The notes below the pieces were generated by a model. That model did not search any database. It was not told the DNA's origin and saw nothing but the letters and a program-made list of their open reading frames with translations. A stretch of 59,602 bases of DNA, the filler included, from Stramenopiles sp. TOSAG23-6 (Eukaryota), in the NCBI GenBank assembly GCA_900128565.1. It is 10 parts of 10 records of this genome, joined end to end, with 100 filler letters (N's around TTAATTAATTAA, not from the genome) between each part and the next. Parts side by side here need not be neighbours in the genome. Positions count along the whole stretch, not along the records: positions 47,812 to 53,657 come from LT636814.1; positions 53,758 to 59,602 come from LT636815.1; 8 more parts are not named here. One strand, written 5' to 3'. Below, in pieces: positions 48,673-59,109 of this stretch (position 1 is its first letter; every line of letters starts with the position of its first letter). The position numbers and the translations under genes are program-made.

Positions 48673-50508
48673 TTGCTGTCAAGTCTTGGAGATCTAACGG
48701 AAGAACTCAATAAATTAGATGAACCGAAATGGGGTATTGCAAAAAACGAAATTGAACTTCTCCATCCTGATGTTGACAATAGTATACACAGGGGATACGG
48801 CTTTGGTTTGGTACCTGAAGGTTTCCAACAGCAATTTCAATATCCCAGAGCCTCAATGGCACCAAAAGGAAAACCTCCTTGGCGTCATGTTGGTTCTAAT
48901 TCTCTAAGAGCATCAGGAGTGCATAAGTCAGTGTAGGTGACCCTAACCCTAAGCCTAATCATGAATTTTTAATTTTTTTTTCTTTCGAAATTCCGTACTT
49001 CACATTTCTTTTTCGCAAAGAACAATTCATGCCTAACGATTTTTACTATGTACAATACAACATTTTTCACAAAACATAAGTGTCTCGCTCTCTCGTGAAG
49101 GTTTCAGTCAAGACTCGGAGTCTACTTATGGGAAAAAAAAAACTGGTTTTCATTCGCAGTATAAATCTTCAAGGGACATGGAAAACAATTTATTATGGTA
49201 TCAAAATGAAATTCGGAGATTAAAAATAAAGGAAATGAAAGTTGATGCTGATATTGCACAACAAAAAGATTTAATTCTATCGTATAGAAAACAACATCGA
49301 GCATCATACAAGGTAGCTAAAACAATATTAAGAAAATTTTCAGATATTTATTGGTTAAATTTGTCCGAAATACCAAAAGAAATACCGAAAAAAAAGTCGA
49401 TATTTACGATGAAAATCAGCAATACAACTCAAAATGTAAATGATGAAAATGTTTTCCAAGCATTTACTGGTAATATTGAAACAGAATTAGAGACGGTTAT
49501 ATCAATGTTACGGTTACATGTATGTTTGATATGAATTTCTAATTTAATTTTTTTTTCATACNNNNNNNNNNNNNNNNNNNNNNNNNNNNNNNNNNNNNNN
49601 NNNNNNNNNNNNNNNNNNNNNNNNNNNNNNNNNNNNNNNNNNNNNNNNNNNNNNNNNNNNNNNNNNNNNNNNNNNNNNNNNNNNTATACTATAATTGGCA
49701 GAAGTTCTGTGGAACAAACCGGAAATGAGGAGGAAAGAGGAGATGAATTCATCAATAATTTATTTAATACTTTAAAAAGTGAAAAAAGTTTTGGTATTTC
49801 GTGTAACCCTACTCAATCCGTTATTCGGTTGCTTTGTGATGGAACACCACACGAAATACTTTCAAGTGCTTTTCGATATGTCTGTATGAGTAACGGTAGT
49901 GATGGAGAAAGTCGTTTACGATATTTCCAATTCCATGAATTTATGGAGACTTTTATAAAAACTATTTTTGTGATATCTCCAAAATGTAAGGAAATATATA
50001 CAAAAAGGGCACAAAGTGCTGCCGATTTAGCCAATATAGCTACAACTATGATGTTACACTCTTCAGATCGCTCAGCAACTCAAGACGTGTTTATAAAGTG
50101 GTTTATGTCAAAGTTTTCGTGTATTTTTGTACACCCAAAAGGCATTTCAAGTAGTTATTCAAGTGAAATAAGTGTTACGAAAACACTGCAACCTAACCCT
50201 AACCCTAATTCAATTCCTAAAAAAAACAATTCGAACTCTGTTGATATCAAGGAAATGAATAATGATAATAAGTTAAAATAAAGGGAACATGTCCAATCAC
50301 AGGTAAGGATTATTGGTATAACGAGAAAACTGAGGAAAGTGTATATGAAGACCCTAACCCTAACCCAAATAAGCCGAAAATGTCCATGAAAAAAAAACTT
50401 GCGCAAAGTGTTGATATAAAATCAGAAGACTCAGTTGAATTAGCTGGGCCAATAGCTAAAGAAGACGACAGATTTAATTTCTTCCCACCAACTCCAAATG
50501 ATGCATAG
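48673..50508 (+). CDS. Multi-exon unknown protein (gapped); WW-like segment in a shifted frame near the end
   Basis: ORF pieces 48673-48932, about 49078-49519 and 49685-50281 are separated by element-like introns; GTCPITGKDYWYNEKTEESVYEDP follows at about 50284-50355. Confidence 0.45.
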
Positions 50509-50949
50509 AAATGATCTATAAAAAATCATAAATTTTCTCTAAAAAAGCATAAATTTTCTCATTTTCTGTATTAGTAAAAAATATGCTTTAAAACTTTGTA
50601 AAAAAAAATAAAAATTTCGTGCATTCAGATATACTCTTTTAATTTCATACATTTCTTTAGTAATTTTGTATGTGTACAGATTATTATTTTACAGTAGTGT
50701 ATAAATACATTAATACGTTGTATGAAAATACTTGCGGTGTTTGCAAAAAACTTACACATTTTGTTTTAGCTAGGGTTAGGGTTGGATGCTAGGGTTCAGC
50801 ATCTGATGCAAAAGAGAGAGATACGAATCTAATCATAATACGTAGTCTTGCTGAAAAAACGTCGTATATTTCGCCGTTATTCCATTGAATCAACCCTTCG
50901 CCATTGAATTCTAATTGAATAAGTATTGTAAAAAAAATATTCGGATAAC

Positions 50950-52463
50950 ATGCCCAGTGGTATGGTTGGCCAGTTGGAAGGACCCGTTGAAGAACGTTTA
51001 CGAAAGGAGGGTAACGAGCACTTTAATGCATGTCGATGGGATATGGCACTTCAAATCTATACAAAGTGTTTGAAAGAAAACAGTTGTAACATTAAAGCTC
51101 GTTTAAATAGAGCTGCTGTACTGCTAAAACAGGAGAGGTACGTATTGGCAATAAGTGATTGTGATCGTGTTTTAAAACAAGAATCAAGTAATACAAAAGC
51201 ACTTTATCGTAAGGCTAAAGCCTACAGCTCAATAGGCAATTTCGAGGATGCAATAGCGACATATCGAATTTTCGTGGATTCTGGTGGTTCTATTGATAGT
51301 GTAAAAAATAAAATTACTTTATTGGAGAAGTATGCTAAGAAAAAATCTAAAAATACGAGAAACAATCAGTTGAATGCTTCCGTGACAGATGTTAATAGTA
51401 GTGCAAAAGAAATTCAAAGAATGCAGTTAACTGATAGCGTTAATGAAGTCAATGTTGGTTCCAATAGCACCTCTAGTAGTAGTATTTTATCTCCTCCATC
51501 AGCTATTCGAAATCGATCGAGAAGTTCCAACGCAAGAAGTTTTTCAAAAAGCGATGAACCTCAAAGAAAATGTACTGCAAGAAAACGTATACATCATGAA
51601 AAGATTTTATCCTCTTCATTTTGTGGGGCATGTGTATGTTTTATTTTTTTTTTAACAAAAAANNNNNNNNNNNNNNNNNNNNNNNNNNNNNNNNNNNNNN
51701 NNNNNNNNNNNNNNNNNNNNNNNNNNNNNNNNNNNNNNNNNNNNNNNNNNNNNNNNNNNNNNNNNNNNNNNNNNNNNNNNNNNNNNNNNNNNNNNNNNNN
51801 NNNNNNNNNNNNNNNNNNNNNNNNNNNNNNNNNNNNNNNNNNNNNNNNNNNNNNNNNNNNNNNNNNNNNNNNNNNNNNNNNNNNNNNNNNNNNNNNNNNN
51901 NNNNNNNTTTTTTTTGAAATATTTTTCCAAAATACAAATCTCATTGGGATTTTCATAAACCCTACTGTTGTACATCTGTAACCTTGGATTCATTAGATAA
52001 ATATGAACATCGGGGTCGCACAGGACTAAATAACTTGGGGAATACGTGTTTTATGAATTCGACTATACAATGTCTAAGTCATGCTTTACCCATTACTCGA
52101 TATTTTTTGAGCGATGCATTTCGTGATGAATTAAATAGAGAAAATAATTTAAATGGAACTGCGGGAATTCTTGCAGTTCAATACGCAAAACTAATCAAAT
52201 CTCTCTGGTTAGGAAATAATGTGACGGTTGCACCTCGAAATTTGAAACAAGCATTAGCTAAATTTGCCCCACGATTTTCTGGATATTTACAACATGATTC
52301 ACAAGAATTACTTGTTTTTCTCTTAGATGGTTTGCATGAGGATTTAAATCAAGTGAGTAATAAACAATATGTGGAACTTCGGGATGATGAAGGTCGACCA
52401 GATGTTGTTGTAGCTGAAGAAAGTCTGAGAAATCATCGTCAACGAAATATTTCAGTGATTGAT
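50950..52463 (+). CDS. TPR - (MYND-type zinc finger) - USP deubiquitinase, partial
   Basis: Three TPRs (LRKEGNEHF...KALYRKAKA), FCGAC before the gap, SHWDFHKPYC after it, then the USP Cys box. Element ends flank the gap (donor at 51634, acceptor end at 51937). Confidence 0.75.
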
Positions 52464-53863
52464 GAACGTTTTATTTTTTTTTACAAAAAAATCGAATTTG
52501 AAAAAAAATAAAACATACATTTGACAACTTTTTGAGCAAGTTTGACTGTTATTGCGGCACCATCCTCGCATACTGCGTCCATGTCTGAAACAAGCTTTTC
52601 CATCTTATTTTCCATATCCTCTACATTATGCTTCATCTTTCGAATGGTGTCCGTCGCAGCTATGAACTTGCTGTAATTTTCGTGCACTAGCATCTTCATG
52701 TCACTATCGATAGTTTTAATCTCTCGGACAAATCTGCACATAAATTCACTTCAGATAGGCTTAAAGGTTTGCTGTCAAGTCTTGGAGATCTAACGGAAGA
52801 ACTCAATAAATTAGATGAACCGAAATGGGGTATTGCAAAAAACGAAATTGAACTTCTCCATCCTGATGTTGACAATAGTATACACAGGGGATACGGCTTT
52901 GGTTTGGTACCTGAAGGTTTCCAACAGCAATTTCAATATCCCAGAGCCTCAATGGCACCAAAAGGAAAACCTCCTTGGCGTCATGTTGGTTCTAATTCTC
53001 TAAGAGCATCAGGAGTGCATAAGTCAGTGTAGGTGACCCTAACCCTAAGCCTAATCATGAATTTTTAATTTTTTTTTCTTTCGAAATTCCGTACTTCACA
53101 TTTCTTTTTCGCAAAGAACAATTCATGCCTAACGATTTTTACTATGTACAATACAACATTTTTCACAAAACATAAGTGTCTCGCTCTCTCGTGAAGGTTT
53201 CAGTCAAGACTCGGAGTCTACTTATGGGAAAAAAAAAACTGGTTTTCATTCGCAGTATAAATCTTCAAGGGACATGGAAAACAATTTATTATGGTATCAA
53301 AATGAAATTCGGAGATTAAAAATAAAGGAAATGAAAGTTGATGCTGATATTGCACAACAAAAAGATTTAATTCTATCGTATAGAAAACAACATCGAGCAT
53401 CATACAAGGTAGCTAAAACAATATTAAGAAAATTTTCAGATATTTATTGGTTAAATTTGTCCGAAATACCAAAAGAAATACCGAAAAAAAAGTCGATATT
53501 TACGATGAAAATCAGCAATACAACTCAAAATGTAAATGATGAAAATGTTTTCCAAGCATTTACTGGTAATATTGAAACAGAATTAGAGACGGTTATATCA
53601 ATGTTACGGTTACATGTATGTTTGATATGAATTTCTAATTTAATTTTTTTTTCATACNNNNNNNNNNNNNNNNNNNNNNNNNNNNNNNNNNNNNNNNNNN
53701 NTTAATTAATTAANNNNNNNNNNNNNNNNNNNNNNNNNNNNNNNNNNNNNNNNNNNNTAAATTTGTTTTTTGGTTAGGTACAAAATTTCGTATGAAAAAA
53801 AATCATTAGGTAAAGGAATTTCGTATGAAAAAAAAAAAAAAAAAAAATTAAAAAATTTTTTAC

Positions 53864-53895
<32 letters not shown>

Positions 53896-53910
53896 TTTTT
53901 CACAACACAT

Positions 53911-54045
53911 GTAGGATTTATACGTGTCACAGGAGATATTGTTCATACAAGCTATTTAGATGATTTAAAAGAAGTTGATTTACCTGATTTACCTCGATTT
54001 GATATTGAAATCGTCAAAAATTCGATATTAACACAATATTTATAG
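53911..54045 (+). CDS. Terminal exon of an unknown gene
   Basis: Follows an element-type 3' end (AATATTTTTTCACAACAC-AT) and is open to TAG. Confidence 0.45.
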   Translation, partial: VGFIRVTGDIVHTSYLDDLKEVDLPDLPRFDIEIVKNSILTQYL

Positions 54046-54118
54046 TAGAGGCAAACATAAATTCATAAATTCATGCATAAATACTATTAATATTAAATAG
54101 ATATGTTTAATTTATTTT

Positions 54119-56609
54119 TTATTGGTTATAGAAATTATATGTATCTATCATTAAATCTCCAAACGCAATACACTCATATACATTTATCATCGCGGTTGTA
54201 CCGTCATCAAAAAAACCCTCATCAAAAAAATGTACTTTACTCAAAATTTCTAAGTTAGTGTTCGATTCAATATAAGTCTCTTCTTGAAGATAACCATCGA
54301 TTATTCTATGATGACTCATAATGATAGCGTTACGCCAAGGCTTTTTATCAGTTCGATTAGGGTTAGGGTTACGGTGTAGGGTTCTATCAAATTGTTTGGA
54401 ATGTAGTAAATGAATTTTGAGTCCAATTTGGGAAATTGCTTTTGTGGACGAATAAAATGGATTTGTATTTTTTTCAATTATACCAAAATCTAATAAATAT
54501 TGTTTAAAACAATCTAGTTTATGTAATAGCATTGTAACACTTGTTTTTCTCTCCGTTTCAGCAAGTCTACGATATAGTTTATCATACATTGTGAGAAAAT
54601 ATATAATTTTTTTTTCTTTTTTAGTAGAATTTTCATTAGGTACGAAATTGTATACGAAAAAAATAAAAATAAAAATAAAAAACATACATGAACGCTATTT
54701 GCACTTTCTGAGTGTAAACCGTGATTTTTTGCTAAAAGTATCCACATAAATGCTTCAATATCATTCTGATTGGCATGAATAATTGCAAGAAGGTACATAT
54801 AATGTGAACAATATTTTTAGAAAAAAAAATCATTAGGTAAAGGAATTTCGTATGAAAAAAAAAAAAAAAAAAATATTCATTTAAAAAAAATACATGGCTT
54901 TGGTATTACCTAATTGAGCTGCTTGCTGAGCTATTTTTATACCTCGTATTCGATCTCTACTTGGATCGCTAGGGTTGTGGATTTCGATTATACTAAGGTT
55001 AGAATAATATTGTTGCTGGCCATTAGGGTTAGGGTTAGAATTTTGAAGTTCTTGTTGTGTAGACCTTCTCTCAATTCTTTGTGGTGATAAAAGCAAATAT
55101 TGTGAAAAAATATTTCAATTTTTTTTTTCTTTTTCAATCATTAGGGTTAAGTTTTTGTTTTAGTAACGTGTAGGGTTAGGGTTAGGCTCTGAAAACGTAC
55201 AAAGACGCCGCATTAAACATTGCTCTGTCATCTCCTTTTTGAGCAGCAAATGTTGTGAAAAATATTTAAAAAAAAAACTGGTTAGGTACAAAACTTTGTA
55301 TAAAAAACTAAAAAAAAAAAAACTAAAAAAAAAAAAACTAAAAAAAAAATAAATTCGAAATTGAAATTGAAAAGTATACGTTCAAACCAACGGATAGCTT
55401 CATCATCATTTGGATAAACACCTCTACCTTCTCTAAAACTACAACCCTGTATTTTGAAAAAAAATTGAAAAAAAAAAAAAAATTGTGAGATTTTGAAAAA
55501 AAATTGAAAAAAAATTAATTTTTTGTGAGGAATGAAATTTCGTATGAAAAACGTTAGGTATGAATGATTAGGTACAAAATTCTCTATATAAAAAAAAATG
55601 AAAATCAGTTGGATAACATACAAGAGCATATTCAGCTGTACAAATTGCTATGAGTTCACTTGTAATGATGTTAGAATATACTGTTTTTTTAGANATCATT
55701 GAGTTAGGGTTAGGGTTGAGTGTTTCTATTTCTTTTGTTTCTTTTGAATTATTTTCATTTTGAACCCCCTGTTGGCTTTGAACCAGTCCCAACCATGATT
55801 CCATGTCAATAGTTTCATCAGCACTCTTTTTTTTTGTTTCTTTAGGGTTAGGGTTAGGGTTAATAGTTTCATCAGCACTCTTTTTTTTTGTTTCTTTGGA
55901 ATTATTTTTATTTTCAACCATATTCAAAAAACTTTCATCAACATCAACCACACTATGACCCCATTGAAAAATTCCAGGGTTAGGGTTAGGGTTAGTCGTA
56001 TGCATATGATCAAGTTTTTGGAAATTGTTTTCTTGGTTTTTCATAAAAGAATGATTTAGAAGTTTTATATTATGAAAATTCTTTTGTCTTTTTTGATTAC
56101 GTAAGTATTGTGAAAAAATATTTCAAAAAAAATTCTAAAATTTTTTTGTTAGGTACGAAATTTTTTTACGAAAAAAAACCAAAAAAAAAAAATTAAATTA
56201 GAAATTCATATAAAACATACAAGTAATGCATTCGACGAACAAGATTTGACTGCTGCGAAAGAAACTTTTCTTGTATATGTTTGTGTAGTCCAACTGTACG
56301 TCGAAACAAGGCCGTGGCGGCACGGTCATTTTTCTGGAAACCTCCCTCTCCAAAGTAATGATTGAATGCACACATAACCAAAGCAGATGCGTTGTTTGTT
56401 CTTGCAGATCGTAAAATTGTTGATTGTATTGCTTTGTTTCTGCGATCGACTCCAAAGAATCGTGCAGCTGACCACAAATCATCCGTATCGTAGATAAACT
56501 GTCTCAATTCTTTGCAAGTTGAGGCCAATTGGCAGAGAGAGATGACGTGAGACGAAAATAAAAGGCATTCACGTAACAATTCAGTTGGTAAATTAAGAAT
56601 AGTTGTCAT
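54119..56609 (-). CDS. F-box + Sel1-like repeat protein, 7 exons (56221-56609, 55622-56102, 55380-55446, 55201-55249, 54894-55094, 54688-54796, 54119-54583)
   Basis: ILNLPTELL...LCQLASTCKELR F-box. Sel1 motifs AEYALGCSFREGRGV..DDEAIRWF, AAQKGDDRAMFN and AAQLGNTKAMYLLA assemble in one frame after removing six element introns. Confidence 0.85.
54584..54687 (-). mobile_element. Introner-family intron, GT...AT
   Basis: GTT CAT|GTATGTTTT...TTTCGTACCTAAT...CACAATGT-AT|GAT AAA. Confidence 0.82.
54797..54893 (-). mobile_element. Introner-family intron, GT...AT
   Basis: GCC AT|GTATTTT...CATACGAAATTCCTTTACCTAAT...CACATTAT-AT|G TAC CTT. Confidence 0.82.
55095..55200 (-). mobile_element. Introner-family intron, GT...TT, core replaced by CCCTAA repeats
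   Basis: TCT TT|GTACGTTTT CAGAG CCTAACCCTAACCCTA...TTGAAATATTTTTTCACAATAT-TT|G CTT. Confidence 0.75.
55250..55379 (-). mobile_element. Introner-family intron, non-AG end (register uncertain by 2 nt)
   Basis: GAA C|GTATACTTTT...TTTGTACCTAAC...TTCACAAC-AT|TT GCT GCT. Confidence 0.72.
55447..55621 (-). mobile_element. Introner-family intron ending in AG
   Basis: GCT CTT|GTATGTTAT...TTTGTACCTAAT...CAAAATAC-AG|GGT TGT. Confidence 0.82.
56103..56220 (-). mobile_element. Introner-family intron, GT...TT
   Basis: TAC TT|GTATGTTTT...TTTCGTACCTAAC...TTCACAATAC-TT|A CGT. Confidence 0.82.
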
Positions 56610-57060
56610 GCCGTTGATGTTATAAAGCAAGGTTAAACGGTATCACTATTATTTATATTGAAACTCATTTTGTATTTTTCAACGATTACTTCAAAGGCTA
56701 TACCTCATATATATTTATAGTTTACTGTGAATATCAGTTGATAGTGTATCCAATTTATATACTAAAAATAGTATTGATTTATCTACCTATAGCTAGTACA
56801 GTAGCTAGTAGACAATATCTGTGTCTTGTGTCTGTTGTGACATGTCTCAAACAGAAGTCATTTTTTTATACAGTTACAAAACGGTTGAAGTTGTCACTAC
56901 GCTATATATAGGAAGGTATACTATTGGTTATACTATTATAAAAGTGACACTTTATATGTGGTAATATTACTATGTCACTCTCGCGTAGAGTTGCTGCGGG
57001 GAATATGTTTCTATAACGACAGTTCATCTCACTCAAGAGTAAATAGACTTAAAGTATAGA

Positions 57061-57879
57061 ATGAGTGGCATGCGAGCAGCTAGAACGCTGCAAATAGAAC
57101 CACGAAAGAATGAATCATCGTCTGGTCATTCACTTCAAACAACACGTTCTTCTCACACTAGCACTAGAGGGTTAGGATTTCTTAGAGGTATTCGTACAAC
57201 TAGCACTACTAGAGCTGCCAAAGATGCAGCAAGTCGACGTAGACAAAAGCATAATATTGATGCTGCTGCTTTACAACAACATTTAATGCGTGGGATTAAT
57301 TTGTCAACTCCTTCAACTATAAAATTTCGTAGAAATTACAGAAGGAATCGTCAAGGAAACAATGAAAATATGGTACAATTGAAAAACACAACAGATAAGG
57401 TAACAGAATGGACTTGTGATAATTGTACATTATTTAATATTGCAACAGCAAAACAATGTGCCGCATGTAAAAAAATTCGACTTCATGTATATTTTTTTTT
57501 TTTTCAAATTTTAAATTGAATTTTTTTTTCGTACGAAATTTTGTACCTAACAAATTTTCAAAATTTTTTTGAAATATTTTTCTAAAATACATGAGGGAGA
57601 ATTTACATTTGATTATGATCCACAATTATCACTTGCACAACAACGAGGTTTAGTGGAAGCACCACCCCCAAAACTCACTGTAGATGATTGGAAAGAAGTC
57701 GAAAATAAGCTCATTCGTAGAGAACAATTGCCACCAAAACCGAATAGACCTAAAATGTTTTACCCTAACCCTAACCCTAGTACACATCAAAAAAGAGATA
57801 GTAGTGAAATCAATACATCCATTATTCGTGTTGAAGATGATACATGTCCAATATGTTTAGATACATTTGGTATGAAAGA
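57061..57879 (+). CDS. RNF32-like RING protein with a RanBP2-type zinc finger, partial
   Basis: AAALQQHL, WTCDNCTLFN...CAAC, LSLAQQRGLVEAPPPKL..DDW and CPICLDTF; the RING is cut off at the element starting at 57880. Confidence 0.72.
57487..57592 (+). mobile_element. Introner-family intron, GT...AT (an in-frame AG lies 3 nt further on)
   Basis: CTT CAT|GTATATTTT...TTTCGTACGAAATTTTGTACCTAAC...CTAAAATAC-AT|GAG GGA. Confidence 0.8.
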
Positions 57880-58072
57880 GTATGTTTTATTTTATTTTTT
57901 TTTTTTTTTCGGTAAAAAAAAAATCGAATTTTTTTTTTCGTACGAAATTTTGTACCTAACAATTTTTTTTGAATTTTTTTTGAAATATTTTTTGAAATAT
58001 TTTTTTTCGTACGAAATTCCGTACCTAACAATTTTTTTTAGATTTTTTTTGAAATATTTTTCCAAAATATAT
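57880..58072 (+). mobile_element. Composite element with two cores (probable chimeric join)
   Basis: GA|GTATGTTTT, two CGTACGAAATT..GTACCTAAC cores, ending CCAAAATAT-AT; the flanks differ in phase and protein identity. Confidence 0.75.
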
Positions 58073-58946
58073 AAAACTTGGCTCTCCGACGCTTTGGAGA
58101 AATCCCAAGGACGGAAAAACCAAAACATGGAAAAAACAACACGAAATCCAAAACATCAAAAAAATCTATCTGAAAAAGAAGAAAATGTTTTACAAAAAAA
58201 AAATAAACAATTTGAAAATATTTCAAATCGTTTCATCAATACAAAAATTCATCAATCTCAGAATACAAAAAATACAAAAAAAATTAAATCGAACATTGTC
58301 AAGAAAAATGTATCTTTTTATTTTTTTCAATTTTTTATCTAATTTTTTTTTTCGTACGAAATTCCGTACCTAACAAATTTAAAAATTTTTTTTTTTACAA
58401 TACATAAAGAGATTGAAAGTATATTTGAATTGACTGAATTACAAAAAGAATACAAAAAAAAATTTGGAAATATTTCAAATCGTTTTCGTAATAATAAAAA
58501 GTGGTTAAAAAATGCTTTACAGAAGAGCAAACAAGAAAATATAAAACATAAAATTCAATCAAACATCTCAAAAAAACATCGATTGCAGGACGTTCGACAA
58601 CGATGTCAAATATGGAAATTTTCCATTCAACATGTATGTTTTATTTTTTGAAATTTTTTTTCGTACGAAATATTGTACCTAACGAATATTCAATATTTTT
58701 TTTTTGAAATTTTTTTTTTGAAATTTTTTTTTCGTACGAAATATTGTACCTAACGAATATTAAAAAAATATATATTGTTTCACAAAATATCAAACACGAA
58801 AACGACAAAAAACGAATGAAACACGAATTGGGATTTCAAAGATTATTGAAGATTGTGTGTTGGATGCGAAAAGTGTTGACTATCTCAAACAAAAAAACAT
58901 TGAAATGATTGAATGGATAAATCTACATTTCACAAATGAAAATTAA
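58073..58946 (+). CDS. Lysine-rich unknown protein, last three exons (58073-58309, 58406-58633, 58791-58946)
   Basis: The frame is maintained across GT...AT introns 58310-58405 and 58634-58790; internal protein repeat KF.NISNRF / WL..AL.KS. Confidence 0.6.
58310..58405 (+). mobile_element. Introner-family intron, GT...AT
   Basis: AAA AAT|GTATCTTTT...TTCGTACGAAATTCCGTACCTAAC...ACAATAC-AT|AAA GAG. Confidence 0.8.
58634..58790 (+). mobile_element. Introner-family intron, GT...AT, duplicated core
   Basis: CAA CAT|GTATGTTTT...(core x2)...CACAAAAT-AT|CAA ACA; no AG for about 50 nt downstream. Confidence 0.8.
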
Positions 58947-59109
58947 AATTGAATTCAAAGTTGAAAAAAAATATAAAATTGGATTTTTTTTTGTTAGGTA
59001 CAAAATTTACTATGAAAAAAAAAATGAAAAAAAAAAAAACCTAATTGAAATCATTGAAGTATTATATATAAAAACAAAGTGAATTATATATTTTTAAACA
59101 GTAATTTGA

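Larger units (their letters stand above)
47812..49561 (+). repeat. 1750-bp segment repeated at 51908-53657 (scaffolding redundancy)
   Basis: Same ORFs at offset 4096; both copies are bounded by element fragments and gaps. Confidence 0.92.

Noticed and set aside
54584-56220. Ciliate-like DNA-level IES excision
   Set aside because: Strict sense orientation of complete copies plus donor and branch-like motifs point to RNA splicing. This is disfavoured rather than excluded; element-free genomic reads would revive it.
57822-58530. Short F/K-rich ORFs (FFSYEILYLT, LGTKFRTKK) as a repeated peptide family
   Set aside because: They are translations of the intronic element in various frames.
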